From NCBI GenBank assembly GCA_012295275.1, contig CM022665.1, positions 38,316,001 through 38,380,000 on the forward strand: a DNA stretch of 64,000 bases, given 5' to 3'. How positions within the stretch are numbered: position 1 is the first letter of the stretch; the number at the start of each line of letters is the position of its first letter. A model generated the notes under the pieces. That model searched no databases and was not told where the DNA came from. It was given only the letters and a program-made list of their open reading frames with translations. The position numbers and the translations under genes were made by a program. Shown here piece after piece: positions 28,138 to 42,100 of this stretch. Origin of the DNA: Chrysomallon squamiferum (lineage: Eukaryota; Animalia; Mollusca).

Positions 28138-28376
28138 CATAATCAAGGCATTATGGTGCTCTTTTTCATGTCCAGCAAACTTTAAGTGGTGTTGTTGTTC
28201 TTAATTAAATGTTGTATGAGTATTGTTTGCAAGGCAGACCTGTGCAGTATTCTTGTACATTTTCTGTCAAATGTATGAGGAATATATCTCTGCCAGATTT
28301 GTTTTTATCAATGAAACTGTGAGGATCTCACACTCATTGGACTGTGTTGACTGTTTGTACTAGTATAGTATATATA

Positions 28377-28418
<42 letters not shown>

Positions 28419-28452
28419 GTGCTGTTTTTTTTTTTTTTTTAAGAATTTTTTT

Positions 28453-28492
<40 letters not shown>

Positions 28493-30373
28493 ACTGCTTA
28501 CAGATTTGATTATATTCGGTAGGTTTTAAAAGTTTTTAAATGTTAGACTGGTGTTTGTGTTTTGAAGAACAGACTGTCACTGGTAACATAATCTGACAAC
28601 TTTTATGTGTTTTGTGGCTGTGATAATGTCTTCTGTTATGTATTCTTCAAATTCGGTTCCGTACATTTGTCTTTTATTATGGTTTTAATATAGAAAAGAA
28701 AAAGAATGAAAGTTTTTTATTTATTTTTTTTACTTCTTTTGGTCACACTGGATTCATTTTCATCAATTGCTTTAAATGATGCATTTTATTAAATGATATT
28801 CAGCCTGATATTTCATAATACACATATCCAGTTTGTACAGATAAACATGCATACATGCACATACAGACTTAAAGTAGTTGATGCCTTCATAAAAAAAAAA
28901 TGTTACGGGGTTTTCATTATGTTTTTATTTTTTATTTTATTTTTTTTAATTTGTTACATAAATTGTTACTGAACTTTTGTGGTTATAACTATTTTGTTTG
29001 GGTATTTTATTTTTGGCAAAGTTACTGAATTGTTTTTATCAATATCTGGTCAGTAGAATTATTTCAAAACTTTATTTTCAAAATGCTGAAAAAAACATAA
29101 TTAAAAAATTATATATATATATATTTATTTTTATTTTTATTTTTTTTTCTCTTTGTTTATATATTAAAAATAGTTTTTAAAACTTATTTCTCTTAATATG
29201 GATTTGAAGTAAATTTTCACCAGTTTTTAAGGTAAATGGAATCAGTTCTCATAAAAAAAATAATAAGTTGTGTAGTTTATTTTAAAAATGTTTTTACTGA
29301 TTTGTTATTAGAAGCTGGCAGCATTTCGTTGTTGAAAATGAAATACTTTAGTTTTATAATCTTAATAAAATGTATATAAAAATGCATTATAATGTTGTAA
29401 CAAAACTGATTAGGTAGATGAGACTTTTGGCATATTTATGTTATCACTTTCAAATGTATCAGTGTTTTGTGTGGATGTTAACAGTACTACAGCATACATT
29501 TTAGAAATCACATTTTCACAATCAAATTATTAATATGAATTGTATCAATTCAGAGTAACAAAGTTTCTTTTTGTGACAGTCAAAAAGATCCAAAGTGCAG
29601 AGCCAAAAACCTGTTCATTTCATTATCATTTTTTAAATTTTTTTTATTATTGTTTTTTTTTAACTGTTAATTACATTTAACATTTTAAAAATATTAGCAT
29701 GTTGGTAATTAAGGTAATTAATTACATTTTACATTTTAAAATATTTGTGGTTTGTTCATTATGTGTGTATGTGTGTGAGATCTGTCATGTTCTTGGTGTA
29801 AAAAAATAGTTATAATATAAATAGCAGAAAAAATAGAAATTATAATTTACTTTCCGCAAGTTTAGTTTTATGAATGCTATATTTATTTTAAACAAATTAG
29901 TTCAAAAATTACTTGGCATATATATATATATACATATATATGTATGGATTTTAAATTACATTAATATTTCTTTACCTCAGATCATCTGAAAAACTAAAAA
30001 GAAAAAGGAAAAAAAAAAAAAAAAAAAAAAAATTGTATAGTACTTATTTTCCTCTTTTTCTTTGTATATTTTACTCAGGTTTTTGTTATTATTTTTGCCC
30101 ATTTCAAGAAGACCAACATTAAGCATAATAAAATTTTCAGGAGAGGACTTGTTTTCAATATTTATTACTGTTTTATTTCTCTGACTTTTTTTTCAGTTAT
30201 TATTATTTTAAAAAAGAAAACAGTGTTCTGTTCATTGCTTTAATTGTTACTTGGTACTGAACTTTAGAATGGACTGTTTGTTTGCATTATCAGTGTTAGC
30301 AATCTTAAACAGATTTGTGAATTTACAGTTACGAATTTTTTTATATTATTGGGTTTTTTTTTCTCCTTATTTA

Positions 30374-30409
<36 letters not shown>

Positions 30410-32597
30410 TGTTTGGGTTTTTTTGTTTTTGTTTTTTATAGTCCCTTATTTTGATTTATGAAAATTATTTCTGTTGATATTCCTATATACTTGGAGCTAA
30501 ATTATTAAAATAGATATTACATATGTTTAGGTCACATTTATGTTACAATGCAAGATTAGGTCAATCAATATTAATAAATTATTATTATTATTATTATTAG
30601 TCAGTTTTTAATTGCTTTTTTTAGAAGATGTAGGAAAACGTCTAAGTATTTTAAAATGAAGAAAAGAAATAACTTAAAAATTAAATTATCCTTTAATGAA
30701 TTCCTTTCCTGTGCAAATACTGTAGATACTGGAAACTCATGTTACCCAAAATTAATAGACCGTTAAAATAGCAGTAATGATAAAACATCATTTATTGTTA
30801 CTGTTTTACAACAACATACAAGGGTTTGTAGATACATGTGTAATACTGCCTTTACAATTGTTTATAGAAGTTAGATTCATGGTCTTTTCTTTAAAAAAAA
30901 ATATTTTTCTTATTCTTAATTGTGCTGTAGTTTATAACAAATTACATTCAGTTTAAATGTTTGGAAAGTTAGGGGTTTTTTGTTTTTGTTTTTAATGTGT
31001 AATCAGATATATAATTTTGTTGGCACAGTTATAAATAAAAGAAGGGGAAAATGAAAATTTAGAAAAAATGTTATTTAATTTGTTTGTTTTTTAAAAATTG
31101 ATACCATTAGCAGTTTTACTCTAAAACTGGATTGATCTGGTATCAGTTTGGATTTTAAAATTATTAACCATCATTGGACAATTTTCTGATAAATGGAAGT
31201 ATAATTTGATTTAAGTGAAAAAACAAAAATAAAAAAAGAAATAAATATTAATTTTCTTATTTGGTGCATTAATTTTATGTTGTTTAATCAATCCAGTTAA
31301 AATGGTGCATACCATTCACCTTTTTGTTTTATTACTACTAATAATGACTCTTTTTTTAAAATATTTATTCAGTTTGCAGTTGATCATTACATCATAGGTA
31401 TGTAAGAAATTAATTTCATACATTTAAAATCTTTTTTTCTTTTCAAAGAACCATGCAACCATCCTATCTAAAGAATCATCATAATTATTTCAAAAATATG
31501 TTTACTGAAACTCTGCTGACTCATTGTTCTCAGATCTGGTACAGATCCTTGAGATAAACCACAATTTCTTGTCAACAGTCCAAAATGTTTGTTATTTTAT
31601 TGTCTTTTTTAAAATATAAATTGATCTTGCACTGAAAATGAAATCATGTTTGCTTTTATCAGAATAGTTGTGAACTGGTTATTTCTGTTTTTGGACAACT
31701 GTTCTGTTTTTAGGCATCTGTTCATGAGTTATTTCACTTTTTACCTTTTCTTTTGGCGTAAATCGAATACCTCCTTAGGGAGAACCTGTATTGGTATTGA
31801 ATTCACTTGGATTACAACATCCAAAAGAAGTTAAATTGTTTATGGTGTTCTTTGGTTCTTGTTGATTGTTTAGAGTTTATAATTAGAGATACCTTTGGTG
31901 ATGCATTCTAATGGCTAAATACATTTTGTAAATGCCAAAATATATATATATTTTTTTTCTATTAGTACAGGGTGCCCAGTATTTGATAATACTGAAATAC
32001 ATAAGTGAAAAAAATGATATTTATGAAGATTAACAATAGGACATCTCATTAAGTGAAATATAATGAACATTTGAAAGACTGCCATGTTACAAATGAATTG
32101 GATTTATATTAATTTCTTCTTTGAAAAACAACAACAAAGAAAAAAAAAAAAAGAAACATGAAGACCAAATGTGATACTGCTGTGCATGCTCAAAAATTTA
32201 TTTATTATTGTATTTTATTATTAGCCAAACTTGGATGTCTTAAACCTAATGAAACCATTGGAAGTATGCGAAATGTCTTTAGCCCTTTCATGTGTATCAT
32301 TAAATATTTTAGACTGACAGTCATAGTCATTGTACAGAAGTTTGTCTAATGTAAATAGTTTAATTGTTTGAAATATTTGAAACATATCGTATGAAATTTG
32401 CTGATTAAAGGATACAGTTGACATTGACTGAGTTTCCACTTTTGCATAAAAGCAAAAAAAAAATAAAAATTTAACATTAATAATAAATTTTAATTTAGAA
32501 AAATTAGCCACTTGAAGTGAGTAAGTACAAAAAGTGTACTAAAATCTGATAAATTTTGGTTGTTTACTGATGTTTCATTATATTGGTCTACATCTTT

Positions 32598-32647
<50 letters not shown>

Positions 32648-33559
32648 TTCTTTGGTAAATGTTTTTTTTTTTTTAAATAAATCGGTGTATCACATATCTT
32701 TGTTACAGAATGTTGGCTCCAGCATAAAGGGAAACTTTGAACGTTTGATATAAAATATCAGTGGATTAAAATAATAACACTTTGTTGTTTTAATTTCAGT
32801 TGTTGTTAGCTGCAGATCTGTTTTTACATGTTAACTGAGATTAAAATTCACCCATCTGCACAAATATACTTGTTCTTTTGTGATGTAAATGTATATATGT
32901 GTGTACATGCATATGTAGGTGTATATACGTGTGTCTGTGTGTGTTGTGTGTGCATGCATGTGTATGTATGTATATGTATTTTGGAAAATACATTAATGAA
33001 TAATACATACATTACAATTATTGTAATTTTTGAATTCATAAAATATGTGTTTACATTACGTAAACTGATAAAATAGTTAATATTCTTTATTTTAAAAGAA
33101 AAACAAAAACTATTGAATTTATATTTAAGACAAATGATATGTTTTAAATAAATGTATAATTTGAATTTTTATCATTCAATTTTGTATTTATATATTTCTT
33201 TTTAATGTGTATCTTAGTTTTTCTATATAAAACTCATTGATTATGTATTGTTTCTTTTTTTTTTTTTTTTTTTTTAATCATCATAATATAAGCGGAATTT
33301 TAGAGAACTAAATATCTTTGTTAATTAATTATATCTTTAATGTTTGAGACCTGTTTGCTTACAGCTTATTCTCAGTCATTGCTTATTTTGTATAGATAGA
33401 AAAATAGAGAATTATTTATTTATTATTATGATTGTTTAGTTTTTGAAATTTCTTTTTATGATCAAAGTATAATGTTCGAGATAGCTGAAATTAATCTTTG
33501 GTGTGAAATGTAAAGGCCAGTTTTCACATTTTGTCTTAAAAATTATGTTCTTATTTTTA

Positions 33560-33592
33560 TTATTGTTGTTATTATTATCATTATTATCATTG

Positions 33593-33660
<68 letters not shown>
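33560..33660. repeat. (ATT)n microsatellite
   Basis: Directly visible; similar tracts at ~1547-1606, 8664-8705, 32600-32646, 37221-37268, 38463-38510 and 54652-54724. Confidence 0.9.
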
Positions 33661-33662
<2 letters not shown>

Positions 33663-33769
33663 TTCATTTTATTTATTTATTTTTTTTGGTACTTAAATGT
33701 ATTAGAAATTTTATAAAACTAATATAAGTAAAAACATTTTACAACAATAAATTAGTTTTTCAAATTTCC

Positions 33770-34137
33770 ATTCATTTTTATCATCATTTGTTTTTAATGT
33801 AAATAAGTTTTTTTAAAACAAAGTTGAAATGTGTTTTTACAGTTAAATTTAAAGACTTTTAATGCAGTTATTATTAGAACATTGAATTACTTTTTAAAAT
33901 TTTGGTTCATTTTTATCGTTATTTGTTTTTAATGTAAATAAATTTTTGAAAATAAAGTTGAAATGGTGTTTTACAGTTAAATTTAAAGGCTTTTAAAACC
34001 ATTATTATTACAACAGTTACTTTTCAAAAGTTTGGTTATTTTTATCATTATTTGTTTTTAATGTAAATAAGTTTGAAAATGAAGTTGAAATGCTATTTTT
34101 GCTGTTAAATTTAAAGACTTTTAATACAGTTATTATG
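33770..34137 (+). repeat. Diverged tandem repeat, ~130-135 bp unit, about 3 copies
   Basis: tttgtttttaatgtaaataa...aagttgaaatg...gttaaatttaaag(a/g)cttttaa recurs, with TGTAAATA at 33798, 33933 and 34062. Confidence 0.9.
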
Positions 34138-37100
34138 ATTTGCTTTACATTAATTGCATTTTAACATTTAAAAAAAAAAAAAAAGTAAATAAATAAAAAA
34201 TAAAAAAATAAAAGAATAAAATGATTGTTCCAAATTTGGGAATTTGATTTAATGTTTTACTATCCCTGATAATATTCATCAACAAAACTTAAAAAAGGGG
34301 GGTGGCTTACTAGAAATTTTTATTATTTTTTTGTTTTGTTTTGTTTCTGAAATTATGTCTCATTCTACATATTCATGTTTATCATTTTGTGTACATGTAA
34401 ATGTTAATTCTGGTTCCTCAGATACAGATATTAATACTACTACTGAATTTTGTGAATTCTATTTCTTGGCTTCAGTATAACAACATCTTTTAAAAACTAG
34501 TTTTATATAATAAATATTTTTATTGTGCTACTTTGTGAAATATATTTAAGGGCATAATTACTTGTTTGTAAATGCTCATTCTGATTCATGAAATTTTGTA
34601 ATAAGAATTTCTCAATCAGACTCATAAATCATAATTGTTGTAAGTCAGTCCATTGTTGTAAATTCATAATTATTGTTAATGTATAAAAAAATATTAATTT
34701 TCTTTTCTTCATTTATTCATGTATTATTTCAGTTTCTAACATGACAGGAAACCCTAAGTTTTATATATAAACATAATACACAAGATCAGCTACTTTTCCA
34801 GTTGTTACGACACATTTCAACCATTAAGAATCATATTTATTTTAAAAGGACATAGTCATATTGAAATTTTATTATGAAGAAATAATTTCTAAAAAAAACA
34901 AAAAACCAACACCCCCAAAAAACAACAACAACAGATGAATGTATTTAGCTTCTGTCATTTTCATTTACATTTTTAAAATTATTTTTCTTTTTCATTTTTC
35001 TCATTCTCTTTTTTCATTAAAGATTATTGTCATTATCATTATTATTTGTGGGGGGAGGGGTTCTTCTTTTTTCTTTATTTCTTCTATTTTGCCTGTGTAA
35101 ACTAATCACTGAAGTTCATTTTCAGTTATCTTGTATATTTTGTTTTACACTTCATCATCTGCTTTCAGAATAAAACATCAGAATTCATTTGTTCTTTCAT
35201 TATTTTCTGATCTATTCACATCATATCTTTAAGTGTTTCCTGCCATGTTTGTCACCATCCATGACAGCTTGTTTAATCTGCTGCTTACAGTTTTGTCCAG
35301 ACATTTTATGAAGTACCTTTGTACACTTGCTGCTGTTTCATATTTTTAGGTGACTGTTACAGGACTTAGTTCCTTCAGATTGCTTTTTATCTTCTGTTGA
35401 AAACTTTGTATTTTGTTTCTTAGGTGTCTTCATACAGTTTGAATTCTCAGAAATGTTTTAAAGTCCTGTAATAAAGGAATATAATTCAGTTTAGAATAAA
35501 TGACATAATATATTTTATAAATGACCAGAAAGTATTCATAACAGAAGTCCTGTTTTTAATAAGAAATTAATTTTCTGCTGAAAGAATGTTATATGTATGA
35601 AAAAAAAAAATAATAATAATTTAATTTTATTAAACAGTAATTCATTTTAATGATGATGCTAACAGTAAGTATGGAAACAAAGGGAAATAAGACAAACTAA
35701 TAAATACATTAAAGGCAAGTTACTTAGGAAAACATCTTAGTAAAATGATGTGTGCATTAGGTTAATGTATATTAGCATTTGCATGCTTCAGTGTTAAGCA
35801 TGTGTATTGTAAACCGGTTTGCAGCAGCTACTGTTTACCTTTATAAATACATATATATTGCCTTTTGTGAATTGTGTTTTCTACTATTTGTTAGTGATGA
35901 GAAAAATAAAATATTTCTTAAAGAGTCTGACATTATAAGCCATGAAGGGTCATTGTCTCACTCATGACATTTCATGTGTCAAATAAATTGAGATTGACCT
36001 GAATTGTAGTTATGTGTTTTTTTTTTTGTCATTTATCTTTGATAATAGAAAAAGAAATCGTATTATATTGTGAATCTGTGTTAATAATGCTTTCCTGGTT
36101 TTTGTTATTCTTCTTGTTTAATGATTTGGAATAATTGATAATAGCCAGCTTCAAGTAAATATATGACAGTGCAAGTGTAAAGCCTGAATACATACTGTGT
36201 ACTCCAAAATAATTGATTTATTTAATTTTAATGAAGTATGACAGGAAGGTAATAGGTCCACAGAGATTTAATGAGCTCTGCCATTTTATCTTGCATGGAA
36301 ATACTGAATACTTTTGAATAAAACAAAGCACCACAGAAATAATGACAATAAAATAAATAATGTTTGCCAACAATTTAGTAACTAACTTGATTTTATCAGA
36401 AGTGAACAAATCAGTTGAAAGTTGATCACTTTTAAAAAAAATTATTATTCTTACTAAAATATTTCCATAATGCTATTAGATCAAGAAAATTCGTCTTTGA
36501 TAAATTTGTGTGGATATATATATATGAAGGAGAAAGTCGGGTAGGGATGAACTTAAAAAATAAAGTAACATAAGATATAACACCAGGCCATTAAAGCATC
36601 TTCAGGTCAGTTTTCTTTCTGAATCATCTACAGTCATCAACGGGCATCCATGAAAATGGTTAAATCACATGTGACAGGCATGTTAGAACTGGCAGACAAT
36701 ATTTATAAGTGCATAACTGACATTTTTCAAAATCTGTTCTTTTGTTGTGGCCATTTAGATATTTTTAATGTTAGAGTTGGTTTTATGGGCATTATGCAGG
36801 AAAATCAGAAGACTGCAAATTGACCTATATATGACAGTTTGGAAAGAAAATAAACCTTCATTTTATGCATAATACTGTTAGCTATAATTTTAATTCAAAT
36901 AAGTGTATTTTCACTGTAATGAAAGCTAATACATATTTTAACTTAATTGCTCTATACTGTGTATTTGGCAAGTGAGCCATCCAAGTACAGCATACATGAC
37001 AAATACTACAAATGTTTGTATTTTGTGTATGTCTGAGAATCGTTTTAGATTTAAGCACAGGGAGTTAATGTAACCAGAATAAGATTAATATTGTAATAAC

Positions 37101-37215
37101 AACATTTAGAAAATGTTAATTCAAATTTGTTGTTGGTCTTACTCAAGCACAACATATAGCAAAATGCAAGAAAGTTTAACATGTAAATATTGTACTTAGG
37201 TGTAAAATGAATACA

Positions 37216-37269
<54 letters not shown>

Positions 37270-37380
37270 TTAACAATGTCTGTGATGCTATTAGACAGTG
37301 ATCAACTGTGTTTAATTTATAAAGTATACCTAAAATGAATGTGAATGTCATATAGGGAATCACTTCTGCTAGTCGATCAT

Positions 37381-37673
37381 GGGCCATATTCTCGAAGCTG
37401 TTGTTACCGTAATAAATAGTTAAATACTTAGATCTGTTCAGCAGTTTGGTACTAAATTTCCTGATTGATGTGTCAGATTACGCATGTGCCTAAGCACTAC
37501 ACGAAACATGCATCGTATGGGTAGTTAACAAAATAACGACTCTCTTTATTACAACAGATTTCGAAAGGCATCGTAAAGGGCAAGGACACAACACTTACGG
37601 ATGACAGTCGGTCACTCCGTAGGTATGTTGTCGTTGGCGCATTTAACGACTAATATCTTCGGGAATATGGCCC
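37381..37673. mobile_element. MITE with 17-bp TIRs (PIF/Harbinger-like)
   Basis: GGGCCATATTCTCGAAG at 37381-37397 and CTTCGGGAATATGGCCC at 37657-37673 (16/17 inverted match). Flanks CAT / CAG resemble a 3-bp TSD. CpG-rich interior. Confidence 0.8.
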
Positions 37674-38201
37674 CAGAACAAGATAAAGAATACCAGAAAC
37701 GGTTTTCACTTTCACAGGAGAGCTATGTGGAATGTCGTTTTGTCATAAAGCGGTGAAATGTAATAATAATAATAATAAAAACAATAATAATAATAATAAA
37801 ATGTTTTCCGGATTTTCTTTTCAAAACTACCTTGACATAATTTAGAGTCCAAGCTGAAACAACAACAACAATAATAAAAAATTAAAAAACAGAAAGAAAG
37901 ATGAAGAAGAAAAATTTGGAGTTCAACTACTTTATTACACAATGGCACGTTACTGAGTGGGGGTGAACGTGCTAACTCTCATATTATTTTTAAAATATCC
38001 AAGGTATTATGGATGCGTAGTTACATAATTGGGAGCAAGTTTTTGGAGTTCCGAAAATTATTTTCCAAAATCAGTGTTGAATTACCCTTCAAAGAAAAAG
38101 AAGAAGAAGAAGAAAAAAAAATATAAATAAAAAAAAAATAAAAAAAAAAGCTAAATATAGTTCACAGTCACATTACTGAAATCGTTTTTGAAACATCTTT
38201 T

Positions 38202-38233
<32 letters not shown>

Positions 38234-38462
38234 TAGTCGCAATTCATTTGTTAGTTTACTAATGTTTTATAATAATTAATATTATGATACATTAACCTTA
38301 TACTATGTCATAGTATGTGACAATATTTGGCAGGTATATTCTTTTACTTGATTTATCATAGATCTATCTATTCGCTCTAACATATCAATCACCCTATAAC
38401 TAAAATACAATATAAACATATATATATATATAGACAGCAATAATATAAATGCCTAGATCTAC

Positions 38463-38516
<54 letters not shown>

Positions 38517-38741
38517 TAAAAACAACAACAACAAACAAACCAGGAAAAAAAAAAAAAAAAAAAAACAACAACAAGCAAACAAACAAACAAATAAACAACA
38601 TCCCAAAATAACCATTCATGCTATTTTTAATAGGGTAATTGGGATGTTATGTAATTTGATTACGTTTCCTAACTTAATCGGTTTCACTAACATAAAACTG
38701 CTAAATAATAATAAGAAATAATCACGTGTTCACACTTACAC

Positions 38742-38781
<40 letters not shown>

Positions 38782-39184
38782 ATAAAACGGGAACAACAAA
38801 CAATAATGAATATATTATTCCAGTGCTATTCCTAATTTTTACGATTTTACGATCTGCTTTTCCTTGTAACACACACACGCACACACACTACCTTCATGAT
38901 TCTTTTTTTTTAAATCGAGTTTATATTGAATAGAACTTAAGTTATTGTACGTTGGCTATTTTATTCTTATTTCTTAAACACACTGATAATTTATTTTAAT
39001 GTTGTTTAAACTATATACATATGTCTTTTCTTTTCTTTTTTTCTTCTCTTTTTTTTTTTTTTTTCTTCTGTTTGATCTGGGAAAACATTAATATGCCAAG
39101 TTAATCATAGTAGACTGGTATCACACCGGTCTCTTGTTATTGGCATTATGAATAGCGCAATAAACTATAAATTCCTAATAAAAG

Positions 39185-42100
39185 ATGGCGTCAACTATGT
39201 CGACTGACACGGGTAAAATATTTATATTATTATTAATTGCTTATTAGCTTCGGATATGACTAATTATGAATTAAATAATAAAATATATTTATGGATAAAC
39301 TTACAGTTTTGATCAAGGTCTTGTCAAAAGCTGTTTCATTTACATTGTTCTATAATTTGGTTTTTGCCGTAACAAATAAAGATGCAAGTCTTCAGTTCAT
39401 GAGACTCAGGCTCCAGTTTTGGCAACCTGATACAACTGATTATTAAATAAAACGCAAATGAATAATTTCTTATTAGTTAATGCTAAGTTAAATAACAGCA
39501 CAATTTTATTTATTTTTTTATGATCCTAATAACTCGGTTATTGATTAGAATCAAGTAGATACGTGACCAAATTTTCTAAAATAAAATTTTCCTTAAATTT
39601 TTATATACCATTAGAGAGAGTATGCATGTTAAAATGACACCAAGATGTCTTTGATAGGACTTATATGAAAGAACTTGTACATTTTTATCTGAATAAAATT
39701 AGTAGGTATTTTTCATTCAGAATCAAATTATCAGTGGAGAAATTGTGATTCATTGCCAACACATGAATTTTAATTAATTAATTAACTGCACTAATTAGCT
39801 CTGATGTACCTTACATCTCGATTATGTAACTCTCAAAAACTCCATAGTACTTAAACCAGTATACAAAAAGATGAATTGTAGAGGCCTTTATATTTTTTAG
39901 AATTTTCCTAAAATTCATTTTATAACAATTAATTAGCATTAATTTGCCTTATGTCTACAGTATACACATCTAAAGTTTTATAAAAATTAAATAAATGTGC
40001 ATGAATTATATCTGAAAATATTTTTTGATAGATTTAGAAACATGGCAGATTTTCAAGCATACATGATTCTTATGGTAAAATACTAATTTAAAATTATACC
40101 CACTGGAAAGGCCTTGGTAAATGTCAGAGCAAGGAGAACGAATAAAATACTATCTTATGACAAAATAAGATCTCCACAGACAGCATCTGCCCCATGTTGA
40201 AATTTAGACATGTAATAGTCCACAACATCTTTATCCCTCCAGTAGGCAACTACATAGTTGGCCTTTATCTTCTTTTTAAGCTGTTCAATGCATCAGTTGT
40301 ATGTGACATGGTCCTAAGCCTCATCATCATACCACATATGACACATGCTGTATTCAATGGCTGTGTCAGACAAGGTGTCATGCAGATCTGTCCTCCTTGC
40401 ATGGGATCACTTGAGCATTCAGACTTTTGGTTTTCTCTTTCAGAGCAAGGATTGTGTTTTCTAGAGCTCTGTAGCCATCTTGTATCTCAGACAGTTATTT
40501 TTTTCACATTGTTATTCTCCTTTTTCAACTTTTCATTTTCTTGCAAAACCTACAATCTTTTTTATGCTTTTGTTGAAGCTGTTTTAATTTGATTTTCTCT
40601 ACTCTTGAAGTTTTTCCCATTTCAAAGCTTTAACAGTTTCTCTCAGTATTTTTATTAAAGAATCTTTTCTGTGCAAGCTTTGCTTGAGCACTCAGTTCTG
40701 ATATGGTACTGACTGAAGTTTCTGTCTCAGCTGTCTGACATTTTCATAAAAAACCTTTTGACATATGATATTTTGTCTCAGACATATTAAAATCTTTGCC
40801 TAAGTTTTTTATTCCTAGTTGAGAATTGCTCAGCTCTATGAAAGTAGCCAGTCAGTGTACACAGCTTTGCTGCTGACGAGGGCAATGGTGATAGTGATTG
40901 AGATAGTTTTTTTCATGACCATCATTTAAATAGTTGCTTCTGGGCAAGGTGGGATCAAAAATGGAATAGTCAGTGGTTGAAGGGATCCAGACTGGGAAAT
41001 GGATGTACTATAAAGGTTATGGTCTGCCAAAATAGACTGTGGTTTGAGCTTTATTGGTAACAGAGTACTGTCTGAGCTGGGAACATCTGGAGTGAGAACT
41101 TAAATGTGCATTGCTTTTTGGCAGATTGTTTGGGATGTGAACATTAACCAGGCTGGCAGTTTGTGCTTAGGATGGTGTAATCTCAAACATTTATCTGACA
41201 GTTTCAAGAGTTACTTTCACAGAATGTCCATTCTCTGCATGCATTGGTGGCACACATACACATGGAGAGAGAGAACACAGCAATAATATTACATAAATTT
41301 AATATTCCATGTTATTGGTTTGAGATCATGTGACCACAGTGACCAACCATACATGGCTGTGATGTTGGACCATAACTGGAAGGAAGTTATGAATTTTTAT
41401 CTGAATAAAATCTGCTGGTATTTTTTTTCCTTCAATGTCTGTGGAGAAACTGATTTGTTTCAGTCATTTGGCAACATAATCACTAATATCTTGCATAGTT
41501 TCAAACTCAGTATACGCAAATAATATATCAAAATGAAACTTTTGCTAACAGTAGTTGTTAAATGTTGCTTATACTTAGAAATTTTAATTAATCAGTTGCA
41601 GTAATTAGCACATATGATACATAAAAAAAGACAAATTAAGTACCTGTTACCTGATATATTTATATGAAATTTGGCAGAGAAAAAGACAAAACCTGCATAT
41701 ATTATGTTTTAAAGCTTTGTCAGTATGAAAGTCGGTTTGAAATGGTAAATTTCTCTGTTGATTATCCTTAGGTTATGTGCAGAGACTGCTTTTGTCACAC
41801 ACCAATATTTAGATTCAAGAAATGTTCTAGAACATAAAAATTAAAGATTAAATCCTCTCTTTCCAACAACAGATATATTGTTTAATACGCTAGAAGCAGA
41901 GGCCACTATTATCTTTTCTTATTTTTATTTGTTTCATGTGGTGGCCACAATTTGTGATTCTTGGCTTGATTTTTATCTCCTTTCAGATTTTAAAAACAAA
42001 CAAACCAAAAAACCTTGCCCAAATACATTCCCCCCACTGAAGTGATAAAGTTTTATCATAAATAAATTACAATAATAATTAATAGCACGTATTGTGTTAA

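Larger units (their letters stand above)
27527..36030 (+). other. Probable very long (~8.5 kb) 3'UTR of the ZNF541/TRERF1-like gene
   Basis: No coding exons. Plus-strand T-richness and CpG depletion persist. AATAAA at 35982-35987 is followed by a GT/T-rich tract at ~36006-36030. Confidence 0.45.

Noticed and set aside
33770-34137. CRISPR-like array
   Set aside because: Eukaryotic context; whole units are homologous, with no unique spacers.
33503-38884. Short ORFs with poly-L/I/Y/N/C tracts
   Set aside because: Translations of (ATT)n, (AAT)n and (GA)n microsatellites; no splice or domain support.
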